A DNA stretch of 44,002 nucleotides from a virus (taxonomy: Duplodnaviria > Caudoviricetes): positions 1-44,002 of IMG/VR virus record IMGVR_UViG_3300011439_000027; one strand, written 5' to 3'. Numbering within the stretch: position 1 is the first letter of the stretch; each line of letters starts with the position of its first letter. A model generated the notes under the pieces. That model searched no databases. It saw only the letters and a program-made list of their open reading frames with translations, and was not told where the DNA came from. Below, one piece after another: positions 1-8,798 of the stretch. The position numbers and the translations under genes are program-made.

Positions 1-5
1 ATTCG

Positions 6-34
6 AGAGGGGGGCCGCTTTTAACGACCCCTCC
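6..34 (-). terminator. GC-rich hairpin after the last gene, at the probable genome end
   Basis: GAGGGGG..CCCCTC inverted repeat directly downstream of the stop of ORF 39..287; no U-tract visible in the window. Confidence 0.4.
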
Positions 35-38
35 CCCC

Positions 39-287
39 CTACGTCAACTCTACTTCCCGCACCCTCTTGAGATGCACACCAGACACGTTGAGTGTGACGA
101 TTTCATCAATCGCGTCTTCGATAGCTTGTTGTTGGTCTGCTTCGGAGATCTCGTCACTTGTTACAACGATCCTAGCCAGGAGGCCTGGTGTGTTGTAGCC
201 AGCACGTAGGTCCCACATCATCCACTTGTTGAACTCATCAAATGGATCATATGGATTGTCAACTGTAGTAAGCATAGCTACTATCAT
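39..287 (-). CDS. Small acidic conserved phage protein (LTTVDNPYDPF); true start may be a few codons in
   Basis: 82-aa ORF directly after the 895-aa gene; AGGAGG (cctcct 293-298) upstream. Confidence 0.75.
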   Translation of the reverse strand: MIVAMLTTVDNPYDPFDEFNKWMMWDLRAGYNTPGLLARIVVTSDEISEADQQQAIEDAIDEIVTLNVSGVHLKRVREVELT

Positions 288-288
288 T

Positions 289-2976
289 CTAACCTCCTGC
301 CTTGACTGCTTCCTTTAAGGTAGTCAGTGAGACACCCAATTGATCAGCCACCTCTGCCTGGGTGAATCCCTTAGCAAGCATCGCCTGAGCACGGGCGGTC
401 TTAGAAGGAGTCATTTTGAGCACTGATCTTGGGGTGGCGAGTTCTCTTACACGATCGTCGTCTGCATGGGTCAAGATCTGGGTTAATTTGTTGTTGCTAA
501 TAGCGCCAGCTTGAATTGCTTCCCATTCAGGGCCGGTTATGTAGATACGGGTCTTTCCTGCACCGGTGCGGGCTCGAGCTTCATTCAACGCTTTGGTTCT
601 AATTTTTTTGAGCTCGGATCTATCCATGCCGGGGTTAGACCGGACCTTTTGTGAGACGGTGGCGTTTGCTAGGACCTGGGCGTTTCTTTCGACAGGCGCG
701 TTCTTCAAAGCAAGATTTAGTTTCGCTTCGAGGGTGTTTACTTGATGCGCATAGGTAGTTTTAGCTGTTGATGACCACTTAGTGTTAGGTGTGGACACCA
801 GCTCACGCCTTGCCTTGTTAGCCATAGCCTTCAAGGTGTTGGAATGATCAGCATAGATCCTCTCAATCTTAGTACCAGCAGTAGACACTAGTGTGTGTGC
901 ATCATCTGTCTCTGCTAACTTCTCTGATTGACGGGTTCTAATGACAGTCTTACCTTGCTTGTTGACGAAAGGCTCAGGATCCTCAAACACCTTCTTACCT
1001 GTAGCCTTATCGATTGAGCCACCCTTTGCTGCTGACCTAGGTTTCACATCAGGAACGTCTATCCGAGATCCTGCTCTCGAGATCAGAGTTGCTGCTGATC
1101 CACCCTTCTTGCCTTGATACTTTTCCTGTAGTTGGGAGATTCCATTGTCGATCGCAGATTGCTTGTAGTTCAGGTTATGCTTCTCTGCATCGATGACCAC
1201 CATGGAATGTTTCACAGCTCGCGCGATTTCACTGTGAGGCGCGCCTTTAATGGTCATGTCTGTGATCAGATTAGAAACTACTCCCATTTGAGTTTGTTTA
1301 GTAGATGGGGCGATTGGCTTCATTCCAGGATATGGAGGGTAACTCTTAATCGGATCGAAGTCCTTAAGCTCTTCCAATGAAGAAGAAGTCTTAATCTTCC
1401 CATGATGATTTGGAATAACTAGAACAACATCTCCATCGAAGTCTGCTCCAGACAATCTTTGTGCCACCTTGTGATTGATACCCACAACATCTGGCGCATC
1501 TGTTCCCAGAAGAGACCTAGCCTCACGGTTTCTGTTATTGACAGTCAATTCTGGAATTTCGAATGTTCCTCCGTGTGGGTGTCGAATAAGAACTACTCGT
1601 TCACCATTCTGGTACCCAGGAGCATAGACTTCATTCTCCTTAAGTGAGTTCACGGGCATGATCACATGGCTCGCTTGACGGGGTAGTGCTTGAGCCTTCA
1701 AGTTCACAGAAGCAGAGTCTGCTGAATCCGCAAACTCTTCAAGGAGCTTCTTACGAACAGCAGGGTTGGTAAGAGCCATGATTTCGTCGAGCTCTTGTTG
1801 CTTCTGCTTGGCTACATGTCCAAGCTGTTCTCGAGCAACAGTGGGGGATTGTTTTGACAGAACCTGAGAAGAAAGACTGCGAGACCAAGTCTCCCAAGTA
1901 CCTTCCTCATTAACCAGATTCATAGCCGACGAAACCTTCTTGCCACCCTTACCGTCATCCTCAAGAACTTGGCGACGAATAACCGAACCAAATGGTAGAT
2001 CAGGATCAACATCACCAGTCTCTTTGTCTCGCTTAAGAGGCTTGAGTGCGTCATGCTTACTACCAGTACTTGACTTGTTGGTGTTGAACTGCAGATCTAC
2101 TCCATCAGGAAGATCTTCCTTGTAAACCGCCATACCTTTGATGTAGTGCGTACCATCGATGGTGATACGAACCTGAGCGTAGCGGTTACCGTCAAGGCTA
2201 ATATCTTTCACGCCAGGACGGACATACACAACACCGTCGGCTTTTGCTCCACCATCTTCAGCGTAGTTGATCGCTAAACGCTTAGAACTGATAGACAGCG
2301 GAGGACGGAATGGTTCGAACGTACGCCCACCATCCTCTGAGAAACCAGCGATGGAGTGGATGCTATTCTTTTGTGCAACAGCATCACGGTATGTGGTCCC
2401 TGGAGGAGCAACAACCTTGACCGTGGTCTTACCTTTAGTACCGAGCTGATCGACCTGGACCGAGTGGATTTCATAACCTTGCTCTTTGAGTCGAGCTATG
2501 GCGGTATCCAACTTGGTACGGCTGATTCCTAGGTGCCTCTCAACACCGACACCTACGTCGGTGATACCATGCGCATCCACTTCACTCTTAACGAGATTAG
2601 AAGTGGACACTAGGACATCATTCTTGTCTTTAGCGCCAGGAGCTAATAGAGCACGAACCGAAGATTCGTTAATCCCCATTCTCCTACCGATAGCGCTATT
2701 CGACCAGTCTTTGTCTTTAAGGCGCTGAGCCATAGCTTGGTCAGCAGCCTTGATTTCATTTCGTGCGATGGAGTTCGCGGCTCGGAGTTCGGAGGTATTC
2801 ATACCGAATCCTTCAGCGATCTTCGGATCGCTCATGCCTTGCTTTCGTAATTCTCGAACCATGTCCAAGAAGGAGCGACTACGACTCGTAACGCTCCCAC
2901 CAGAACCCCAAGGATAACGACCAGAACGCCGCAGGATACCATAGTGGGCAAGTTCTCCTGGACCTACTTTGATCAT
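289..2976 (-). CDS. Putative single-chain two-barrel RNA polymerase (YonO/RDR-like) with HTH domains
   Basis: Catalytic LSGADFDGD (nt ~1429-1455) plus ADGVVYV, AQVRI..IKGMAV, VLIRHP, MGVVSN and VIDAEK in the order of the RDR/QDE-1 motifs; HTH-like segments at the N- and C-termini. Confidence 0.8.
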   Translation of the reverse strand: MIKVGPGELAHYGILRRSGRYPWGSGGSVTSRSRSFLDMVRELRKQGMSDPKIAEGFGMNTSELRAANSIARNEIKAADQAMAQRLKDKDWSNSAIGRRMGINESSVRALLAPGAKDKNDVLVSTSNLVKSEVDAHGITDVGVGVERHLGISRTKLDTAIARLKEQGYEIHSVQVDQLGTKGKTTVKVVAPPGTTYRDAVAQKNSIHSIAGFSEDGGRTFEPFRPPLSISSKRLAINYAEDGGAKADGVVYVRPGVKDISLDGNRYAQVRITIDGTHYIKGMAVYKEDLPDGVDLQFNTNKSSTGSKHDALKPLKRDKETGDVDPDLPFGSVIRRQVLEDDGKGGKKVSSAMNLVNEEGTWETWSRSLSSQVLSKQSPTVAREQLGHVAKQKQQELDEIMALTNPAVRKKLLEEFADSADSASVNLKAQALPRQASHVIMPVNSLKENEVYAPGYQNGERVVLIRHPHGGTFEIPELTVNNRNREARSLLGTDAPDVVGINHKVAQRLSGADFDGDVVLVIPNHHGKIKTSSSLEELKDFDPIKSYPPYPGMKPIAPSTKQTQMGVVSNLITDMTIKGAPHSEIARAVKHSMVVIDAEKHNLNYKQSAIDNGISQLQEKYQGKKGGSAATLISRAGSRIDVPDVKPRSAAKGGSIDKATGKKVFEDPEPFVNKQGKTVIRTRQSEKLAETDDAHTLVSTAGTKIERIYADHSNTLKAMANKARRELVSTPNTKWSSTAKTTYAHQVNTLEAKLNLALKNAPVERNAQVLANATVSQKVRSNPGMDRSELKKIRTKALNEARARTGAGKTRIYITGPEWEAIQAGAISNNKLTQILTHADDDRVRELATPRSVLKMTPSKTARAQAMLAKGFTQAEVADQLGVSLTTLKEAVKAGG

Positions 2977-3539
2977 GCGGCTTCCTCCATTCGCATCTGA
3001 GTGATTCTCTTGTTGAAAGTTACAATCCGATCCATGATGTGAGTAATTGTGTCTGCGTTACCATCATAGACTCGGACTTCGTTGTTCTGGTAGATACGGA
3101 ATTCCATCTGGATTGCCGTTGGTCTCTCGTTGTACTCCAGACAGAATATAGCTGCATATACCTCAAGCTGATGTACTGAGGTCTCAGTCGTACCAGTCTT
3201 GAGGTCGTGAATCCTAAGCATCTTAAGCTTAGGGCGCCAGCTGATTGCGTCGGTTGTGCCGTAGCAGTTAGGTGAATAATAGAGAACCTGCTCTGGCACC
3301 ATGCGGTAGCCAATGGCGTCGTTCACGTAAGAGTTCAAGGTCTTCTTCGAATTGGGTAAGCGAACACCCAAACGAATCAAGTTCTTGGCTAATTCATGAA
3401 GTTCAATTCCACGCTTGGCTGCCAAGGATTGGAGAAATATACGATCGAGTTTCTCCTCGTCGTAGTTTATCCAATGGTAATTACTAGGACTCAGGAACGA
3501 ATGCGTCCCCATGACGTTCAAGTGCGTATTGAAGAGCAT
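2973..3539 (-). CDS. PD-(D/E)XK exonuclease (Cas4/DUF2800-like)
   Basis: GTTDAI...IHDLKTG...QLEVYAA motifs; ATGA overlap with the next gene. Confidence 0.75.
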   Translation of the reverse strand: MLFNTHLNVMGTHSFLSPSNYHWINYDEEKLDRIFLQSLAAKRGIELHELAKNLIRLGVRLPNSKKTLNSYVNDAIGYRMVPEQVLYYSPNCYGTTDAISWRPKLKMLRIHDLKTGTTETSVHQLEVYAAIFCLEYNERPTAIQMEFRIYQNNEVRVYDGNADTITHIMDRIVTFNKRITQMRMEEAA

Positions 3540-3801
3540 CTAAGATCTCCGCTTCATTCTCGGGAAATATGAATGCCCCAAACCACATATCGTTAGCCAG
3601 ACCCACATAGTATTCTTGGTTCGGTTGTTGTGGGGCATCAGCTGAGGATTTAACCTCAAGCATAGCCCAACGACCTCGCCATAAGATTGTGAGATCGGGT
3701 ATACCTTGAATGTAGTCCGAGTCGTTCTTCAAGATAAGACATCCCGGGAATAGACGGTAGAGTTTCTTAATCAGCCGAGCTTGGTAAACACTCTCGAGCA
3801 T
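3484..3801 (-). CDS. VRR-NUC domain nuclease
   Basis: LESVYQ...GIPDL...MLEVK...QEYY pattern; GGAG RBS before ATG 3801. Confidence 0.8.
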   Translation of the reverse strand: MLESVYQARLIKKLYRLFPGCLILKNDSDYIQGIPDLTILWRGRWAMLEVKSSADAPQQPNQEYYVGLANDMWFGAFIFPENEAEILDALQYALERHGDAFVPES

Positions 3802-3857
3802 TACAACTCCAAACCGAAACATAGAGGGAATGTAGAAAACGCATATTCTACTTCCTT

Positions 3858-3885
3858 CTATTATAGGCCATGTATAGCTCGCGCG
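3858..3885 (-). promoter_or_regulatory. Phage promoter motif copy 1, upstream of the VRR-NUC/exonuclease/RNAP operon
   Basis: CGCGAGCTATACATGGCCTATAATAG matches the 16-copy consensus; overlaps the HNH stop codon. Confidence 0.7.
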
Positions 3886-4391
3886 TAAGTAAGTTTTTCT
3901 GGTGTACCCATAGCGCCATAGCCTGGGAAGTAAGCTACGTCAGAGCCATACAATAGGTCAAATAATACAGAAGGAAGCATGAGTACAGCACTAGCCATTT
4001 GTCCGACGGATTCGAACACAAGACCTTTGTAATCGCTGTAGATCAATCGACGATCATGGACGTGCGGATATTGCATCTCCTTCATAAAGCAAACCACAAA
4101 CCATCTTGGCTTCCAGACCAAGTTATCTGCGGCGCAGTTAGCTCTATCTCCGTCGCGATGGAGAATCGAAGTGTTGGGATCTTCGGATTCAGGCAAGAAC
4201 GTCTCGGCTACTAAGCGAGGCAGAGCACGAGTTGTCGTTCTCCTAGCAGATCTGAGATCTACAGTATACCAACCGTTAGTTGGGTTTCGAGTAGCCTTAA
4301 GTATCCTCCCTGTATGGTTGTTGCGAACACGACCGTAGTTACTGACGCTATAAACAGGGTGATCCTCGATTACCCTGAATTCTTCCTCCAT
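3861..4391 (-). CDS. NUMOD4-HNH homing-type endonuclease
   Basis: YSVSNYGRVRN (NUMOD4) and LVAETFL...HRDGDRANCAADNLVW (HNH_3-like). Confidence 0.8.
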   Translation of the reverse strand: MEEEFRVIEDHPVYSVSNYGRVRNNHTGRILKATRNPTNGWYTVDLRSARRTTTRALPRLVAETFLPESEDPNTSILHRDGDRANCAADNLVWKPRWFVVCFMKEMQYPHVHDRRLIYSDYKGLVFESVGQMASAVLMLPSVLFDLLYGSDVAYFPGYGAMGTPEKLTYARAIHGL

Positions 4392-4554
4392 GGTGCTCCA
4401 ATCTGCCAAATCCAAAAATTTTGGCCAAAAAGCTTTTTACAAAACACGTTCTTTGTAAGTAAACTTACCTTAATTACTTACTAAAGTCAGGCGATATAAA
4501 AGACTTTTGGGGTCGTTTTTGACAGAAATGGCAAGAACACTGCCGGACATGCCT

Positions 4555-4690
4555 GTTTTATACACATTAATACCGATGTGTTCCGTGCCCGTTTTATACA
4601 CATTGGTACCAGTATCACCCTATGCTTCCACCCAGACCCCATTTTATACACATTGATACCAGTATCGCCCGATGCTTCCACCCAGACCCT
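4555..4690. repeat. Tandem 50-bp direct repeats next to an AT-rich palindromic tract; candidate replication origin
   Basis: 4591-4640 and 4641-4690 are near-identical; partial third copy at 4555-4574. Confidence 0.75.
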
Positions 4691-5951
4691 AGATTGTCCT
4701 ATAATATGCCGATTCGTTGAACGACCTCTTTTCGTCCAGAGCCTCACCCACAGCTTTGTCAATTAACGACGTTCCTTTCAAAACGTAGTACCAAAGATCC
4801 ACATATGGGGTGTTTAGGCGATCGATCCTACCATGTGCCTGATGGTATAGTTTGTACGAGTATGGGAGGGAGTAGAAACACATCGCGTCAGTGGTCACGC
4901 AATTCCATCCCTCCGCACCCGCAGCGTATTGCACAAGATATACCCACCGATCGGTCTCCGGAATCGGCTCGTGTTTGTGTCCGTTCCACTCAGCTATCTG
5001 AAAACTGAACCTCTCGGGCGAGTTCTCGCTCATCGTCTGGGGGTCCAACAAGCTCTGGACAGACCCCGGGTGTTCTACATCCGTCAGCGTTCGTAACACC
5101 TCGAGCTCGTAGTCGAAGTTGTAGAACACAATGATGCGAGGGTGGACGGTTAATAATGACTGTACCGCTTCCAGTCTTGAGGAATGTGAGTTTACAACCT
5201 TCCTCATTACACGGAACAGCTCGGCTACGTCTCGCAATGGTTTGTTGTTGAACACGTCCCACTTACGTTTCACCACCTTAGCGAATAGTTCTTCATCATG
5301 GTCCACGATCATGTCCGTAGTATGCCTGATCGTGTGTGAGAGGTAGGGCATCTCTACCAGTAAGCTATTCCGTTGCCTTACAAGGCGATTCAGGCCGGTG
5401 TAACGGTCTACCTTGGGGAACTTGGAATACGTCCTGTAGACTACGTGCTCCCGTTTGAACGCTGTCGCGTTCTCGTAGAACCCGTTCGCGACGAAGACCG
5501 GGATGTAGTCAAGCCAAGTATCTCCCGGCGTGGCAGAGAGGAGGATCCAGCGATTGCGTCTAGATATTCTAATAAAGTTTTTGACCCACTTTCCGGAGCC
5601 GACGAGTCGCTGCTCGTCGAAGATGAAGAAGGCACCGTGTATGTTCTGGTACTTGGCGATGTTGTTCCAGGAGTCGACTGTGAGTACTCCCTTTCCTCCA
5701 TCTCCTTCAGGAAAGCCATAATCCCTAAAGACTCCGTACTTGGCGAACTCCCCTTCCCATTCAAGGGAGTCGCGCTTCTTGGCTGTCGTGATGACGATGA
5801 CTTGGCGGGGGGCTTCTTTTTCGACGTAGTAGACGACGGCCGTGAGCGACTTACCCGTGCCGACCCCACCCCAGAGGATGTTGCCGTTTGCGAGACGGTT
5901 GAGGGCGTCGCGCTGGTGAGGATAGAGAGCTCCAGTTGAGATCGGGTCCAC
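4689..5951 (-). CDS. SF2 (SNF2-like) DNA helicase
   Basis: GGVGTGKS Walker [27 protein letters not shown]. Confidence 0.9.
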   Translation of the reverse strand: MDPISTGALYPHQRDALNRLANGNILWGGVGTGKSLTAVVYYVEKEAPRQVIVITTAKKRDSLEWEGEFAKYGVFRDYGFPEGDGGKGVLTVDSWNNIAKYQNIHGAFFIFDEQRLVGSGKWVKNFIRISRRNRWILLSATPGDTWLDYIPVFVANGFYENATAFKREHVVYRTYSKFPKVDRYTGLNRLVRQRNSLLVEMPYLSHTIRHTTDMIVDHDEELFAKVVKRKWDVFNNKPLRDVAELFRVMRKVVNSHSSRLEAVQSLLTVHPRIIVFYNFDYELEVLRTLTDVEHPGSVQSLLDPQTMSENSPERFSFQIAEWNGHKHEPIPETDRWVYLVQYAAGAEGWNCVTTDAMCFYSLPYSYKLYHQAHGRIDRLNTPYVDLWYYVLKGTSLIDKAVGEALDEKRSFNESAYYRTI

Positions 5952-6120
5952 GTGACATCCTCCTTCTGTCGTATCGCAATTGTATGTAGAAGTTCAGACC
6001 TCGTACCGAATCCAGGTACGAGCACAGTGGATACGGACGTGGACGTATGGACCGACTCAAAAGTTGTGTCCTCCTTGTCGAGGTATTCCCAAAGCAGCTG
6101 GTCGTAGATCGGTGTCATGA

Positions 6121-6342
6121 CTACCTCCAGTGGTCGCGTTCGTCGTTATCTGTTAAGAGAGTCTGCCAACGAACGATGTCCATACCTCGGTCAAGAGCAT
6201 GGTCTTGTTTGAAGCGGTCCTTTAGCTCCGATCCGCTGTGGTACTTCTTCAGTTCACACCTACCGTGGTAGCCGGTGTAGTTCGGCTCGAGCACAGCCGG
6301 ACACCTATTCCAGGGCGCTTTGTACCAGGGGAGATTAATCAT
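6121..6342 (-). CDS. Hypothetical protein (Cys/His-containing)
   Basis: 73-aa ORF packed between neighbours in operon orientation. Confidence 0.55.
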   Translation of the reverse strand: MINLPWYKAPWNRCPAVLEPNYTGYHGRCELKKYHSGSELKDRFKQDHALDRGMDIVRWQTLLTDNDERDHWR

Positions 6343-6412
6343 CCCAACGCCCCCAGTTCTTGACGACCAGGTAGATGAAAACGATGATGAACGTAGCGAT
6401 AAGACACTCCAT
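6335..6412 (-). CDS. 25-aa membrane peptide MECLIATFIIVFIYLVVKNWGRWDD
   Basis: AGGAGG RBS at 6417-6422; lies downstream of promoter copy 2; one hydrophobic helix; not in ORF track. Confidence 0.6.
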   Translation of the reverse strand: MECLIATFIIVFIYLVVKNWGRWDD

Positions 6413-6515
6413 GAATCCTCCTAGACGAAATAGTAGAGCCCTTGTGGGCTCGGGGTCTCATTATAGGCCATGTATAACCTGCGAGAAAACCAAGAGCCCT
6501 TTCGGGCCCGTGGTC

Positions 6516-6632
6516 TTACCTCAGAAAGCGGTGTCCAAATTTCTGGAACAGTAGTACGACGCATCCGCCGATGATCCCGCCGAGAATGACGAGTCCAACG
6601 ACTTGGGATGCCTGCAGTACTCGATCTAACAT
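6516..6632 (-). CDS. 38-aa membrane peptide (MLDRVLQASQVVGLVILGGIIGGCVVLLFQKFGHRFLR)
   Basis: Fills a promoter-RBS(GAAAGG)-terminator cassette; one TM helix. Confidence 0.7.
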   Translation of the reverse strand: MLDRVLQASQVVGLVILGGIIGGCVVLLFQKFGHRFLR

Positions 6633-6718
6633 GGCGATACCTTTCTGTGGGTTTCATTATAGGCCATGTATTCAGCGCGAAAACTCAGAGCCCTTGTTAG
6701 GGGGCTCCGGTTTCTCCT

Positions 6719-6904
6719 TCAGGTGGTAGCGGCTTTCTCCGCGCTTTCGATCAGGTTCTCGTAGCAGTCGATCTCGAACGTGACGGCTTCTTCCTCAGGT
6801 CGCTTCATGAATTCTTCAATTCCTTCATTCGATCTGACGAGTCGGTCCGCCTGCTTCGTGTAAAGGCTGTCTACAATCTCCGTCATTTCGGCGAGTGTAA
6901 GCAT
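6719..6904 (-). CDS. Small acidic hypothetical protein (cassette gene)
   Basis: AAGGAG RBS; own promoter and terminator. Confidence 0.75.
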   Translation of the reverse strand: MLTLAEMTEIVDSLYTKQADRLVRSNEGIEEFMKRPEEEAVTFEIDCYENLIESAEKAATT

Positions 6905-6993
6905 AGCTTCTCCTTAATAGGGGTCTCATTATAGGAGATGTTTTCCATGCGAGGACAAAAACCAGACTCCTTGTTAGGGAGCCTGGCGTGAGA

Positions 6994-7188
6994 CTACGCG
7001 GTGAAACGGGTGACGTATTCGTCGCTGTCCGGAACCTGAACTCGGGCTTCATCAGCAGTCAAGATGTGCGGCATGTCGTTCTCGTCCACGACGAAGAATG
7101 TTACTTCTTCCTCGATTTCGGGAACGACTCCACCATTCAAGGCTGCGATGAGCCAGAGGTGTTCACGAACGATTGCGATGAGGTTCAT
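6994..7188 (-). CDS. Small acidic hypothetical protein (cassette gene, starts MNLIAIV)
   Basis: GAAAGGA RBS; own promoter and terminator. Confidence 0.75.
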   Translation of the reverse strand: MNLIAIVREHLWLIAALNGGVVPEIEEEVTFFVVDENDMPHILTADEARVQVPDSDEYVTRFTA

Positions 7189-7272
7189 CGGTCTTCCTTT
7201 CGTAGGGGGTCTCATTATAGGACAAGTAGAATATGCGAGGCAAAACTCAGAGCCCTTGTGGGGCTCCAAGTC

Positions 7273-7461
7273 TTAGGCCTCCTGCTCGATCTTCAGAATG
7301 CTCGGGTGAGTCTCGATGAAGCGACGTTGCGCCTGCCTACCAGACTCACGTGCGATGATGATCACTGCTGTAGCGATTGCTACAATAACAGTCATCTCGT
7401 ACGGGCTGGCAAGAATAAGCGTAATTGGTCGGCCTCCATCGGGATTAGTCACATGTCGCAT
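7273..7461 (-). CDS. Small membrane protein (cassette gene, starts MRHVTNP)
   Basis: GAAAGGA RBS; hydrophobic VIVAIATAVIII segment. Confidence 0.7.
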   Translation of the reverse strand: MRHVTNPDGGRPITLILASPYEMTVIVAIATAVIIIARESGRQAQRRFIETHPSILKIEQEA

Positions 7462-7546
7462 GGTCTTCCTTTCGGTAGGGGTCTCATTAGAGGATATGTG
7501 ATCCACGCGAAAAACCAGAGCCCTTGTGGGGGACTCTGGCGCCTTT

Positions 7547-7741
7547 CTACTCGAAGCGGATGATCTCGTCGTCTTCATCGTCCTGAAGTCTGTCAAGCTC
7601 CTCGGCCGTGATCACGATGGACTGCATGTCGATGTCGCAGAGGACGTAGTAAACTACGCCTTCAACGATTTCGAAATTAGGTACATCGAGAATTGGCTTG
7701 AGGAACTCTTCACTTCCGGGCTTGATTCTGAACGCGAACAT
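7547..7741 (-). CDS. Small acidic hypothetical protein (cassette gene)
   Basis: AAGGAG RBS; own promoter and terminator; resembles 6994..7188. Confidence 0.75.
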   Translation of the reverse strand: MFAFRIKPGSEEFLKPILDVPNFEIVEGVVYYVLCDIDMQSIVITAEELDRLQDDEDDEIIRFE

Positions 7742-7822
7742 TCAATCTCCTTAGTAGTTGGGGTCTCATTAGAGGCCATGTAGGATCTGCGAAAAACTAG
7801 AGCCCTTGTTAGGGGCCCTAGC

Positions 7823-8047
7823 CTACTCCGTCTCTTCGGGTCCACTCAGTCTGGCAAGCAACTTCCGCATCCGCTCGGGGTTATTCGCGACGTCATTGTA
7901 GCCACGCTGGTATCCTTCCATCTCTGCCTCCGCAAGCGCCTCCTGGTGGATTTGCTGTTGGACTCTTCTGATGGTCGTATTACCGACGTAAGCTCCGATG
8001 ACGCCCGCTGTAACTCCGATCACGATTGCGACAGTCTTGTCATCCAT
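7823..8047 (-). CDS. Small membrane-anchored protein (starts MDDKTV)
   Basis: GAAAGGA RBS; N-terminal TM then GYQRGY. Confidence 0.75.
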   Translation of the reverse strand: MDDKTVAIVIGVTAGVIGAYVGNTTIRRVQQQIHQEALAEAEMEGYQRGYNDVANNPERMRKLLARLSGPEETE

Positions 8048-8123
8048 GATTGGTCCTTTCAATAGGGGGTCTCATTATAGGCTATGTAAAAACCAGAGCC
8101 CTTGGGGGGCTCTGATCTGAGGT

Positions 8124-8351
8124 TTACCTCTGGCTGAATTCCGGGGACACAGCGTGCTGAACAAACTGCTGCTCGTAGCGCTCGTATCCGTCCTTGCACC
8201 CTTGGATGTGGCCGTTGTTGTAGGCGACCTGCTGTTCGATCATGCGATCTAGTTTCAGGTTCTGCTTTAGAACTCGGTCCATAACCAAGGTAGTAGTGAC
8301 GGCTACGACTGCTCCGGCAACGGCTGCTACAGCAGTGCTTGGGATGTCCAT
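8124..8351 (-). CDS. Small membrane-anchored protein (starts MDIPST)
   Basis: GAAAGGA RBS; N-terminal TM then GxxxG repeats. Confidence 0.75.
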   Translation of the reverse strand: MDIPSTAVAAVAGAVVAVTTTLVMDRVLKQNLKLDRMIEQQVAYNNGHIQGCKDGYERYEQQFVQHAVSPEFSQR

Positions 8352-8416
8352 AGTCTTCTTCCTTTCGGTAGGTTTGGGTCTCATTATAGGCCATGTAAAC
8401 CTTGCGTCCGAAAGTC

Positions 8417-8533
8417 AAAAACAAAACCATAAGGTCTTACTTTACTCTGGTGCGTAAAGCAGTGTGCTTATGGTCTTGGGCGATTATTGGAGTAGCCCCG
8501 CAGTTGCATAGGTGCGGGATCTTTACCATTCTC
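8417..8533 (-). ncRNA. Putative small structured RNA A
   Basis: Between promoter copy 8531-8560 and a T-tract; stems 8497-8502/8513-8518, 8426-8433/8467-8474 and 8440-8445/8454-8459; only a 30-codon ORF without RBS. Confidence 0.5.
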
Positions 8534-8564
8534 TCACTATAGCACGTGTAAATCCTGCGAGGTG

Positions 8565-8652
8565 AAAAACGAAAGACCGTGTTTCAGGGTACACGGCCTC
8601 TCGCTATTACCCCCGTCAAGAGTTCACAGTCATCTGCTCCCCTCTCAACGGG
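8565..8652 (-). ncRNA. Putative small structured RNA B
   Basis: Promoter 8650-8680; 11-bp stem 8612-8622/8642-8652 (with G-U pairs); terminator hairpin 8570-8603; no convincing ORF. Confidence 0.55.
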
Positions 8653-8684
8653 TTCATTATAGGGCATGTAAACCATGCGAGGGC

Positions 8685-8798
8685 AAAACTAGATGCCTTG
8701 CAAGTTGCATCTAGTCTTGGGAATCTCGGACACGGTGATTAGGGCCTTAGGCACTCTTTTTCATGTGCGGTCGGCTATACTTCCGTATGGGATTCTCC
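8685..8798 (-). ncRNA. Putative small structured RNA C
   Basis: Promoter 8796-8825; ATAC-GGAA-GTAT GNRA hairpin; terminator ACTAGATGC..GCATCTAGT plus TTTT; no RBS-led ORF. Confidence 0.5.

Noticed and set aside
2973-3539. cas4 as evidence of a CRISPR system
   Set aside because: Stand-alone phage PD-(D/E)XK nuclease lacking the four-Cys cluster; no other cas genes
5441-6118. 225-aa ORF overlapping the helicase
   Set aside because: The first ~55 codons may be a real gene, but the remainder is a Ser/Thr-rich off-frame shadow of the helicase; boundaries cannot be supported
6421-8430. ORFs or N-terminal extensions containing YMAYNETP / MRPP
   Set aside because: These are translations of the promoter repeat; real starts lie downstream of the RBS
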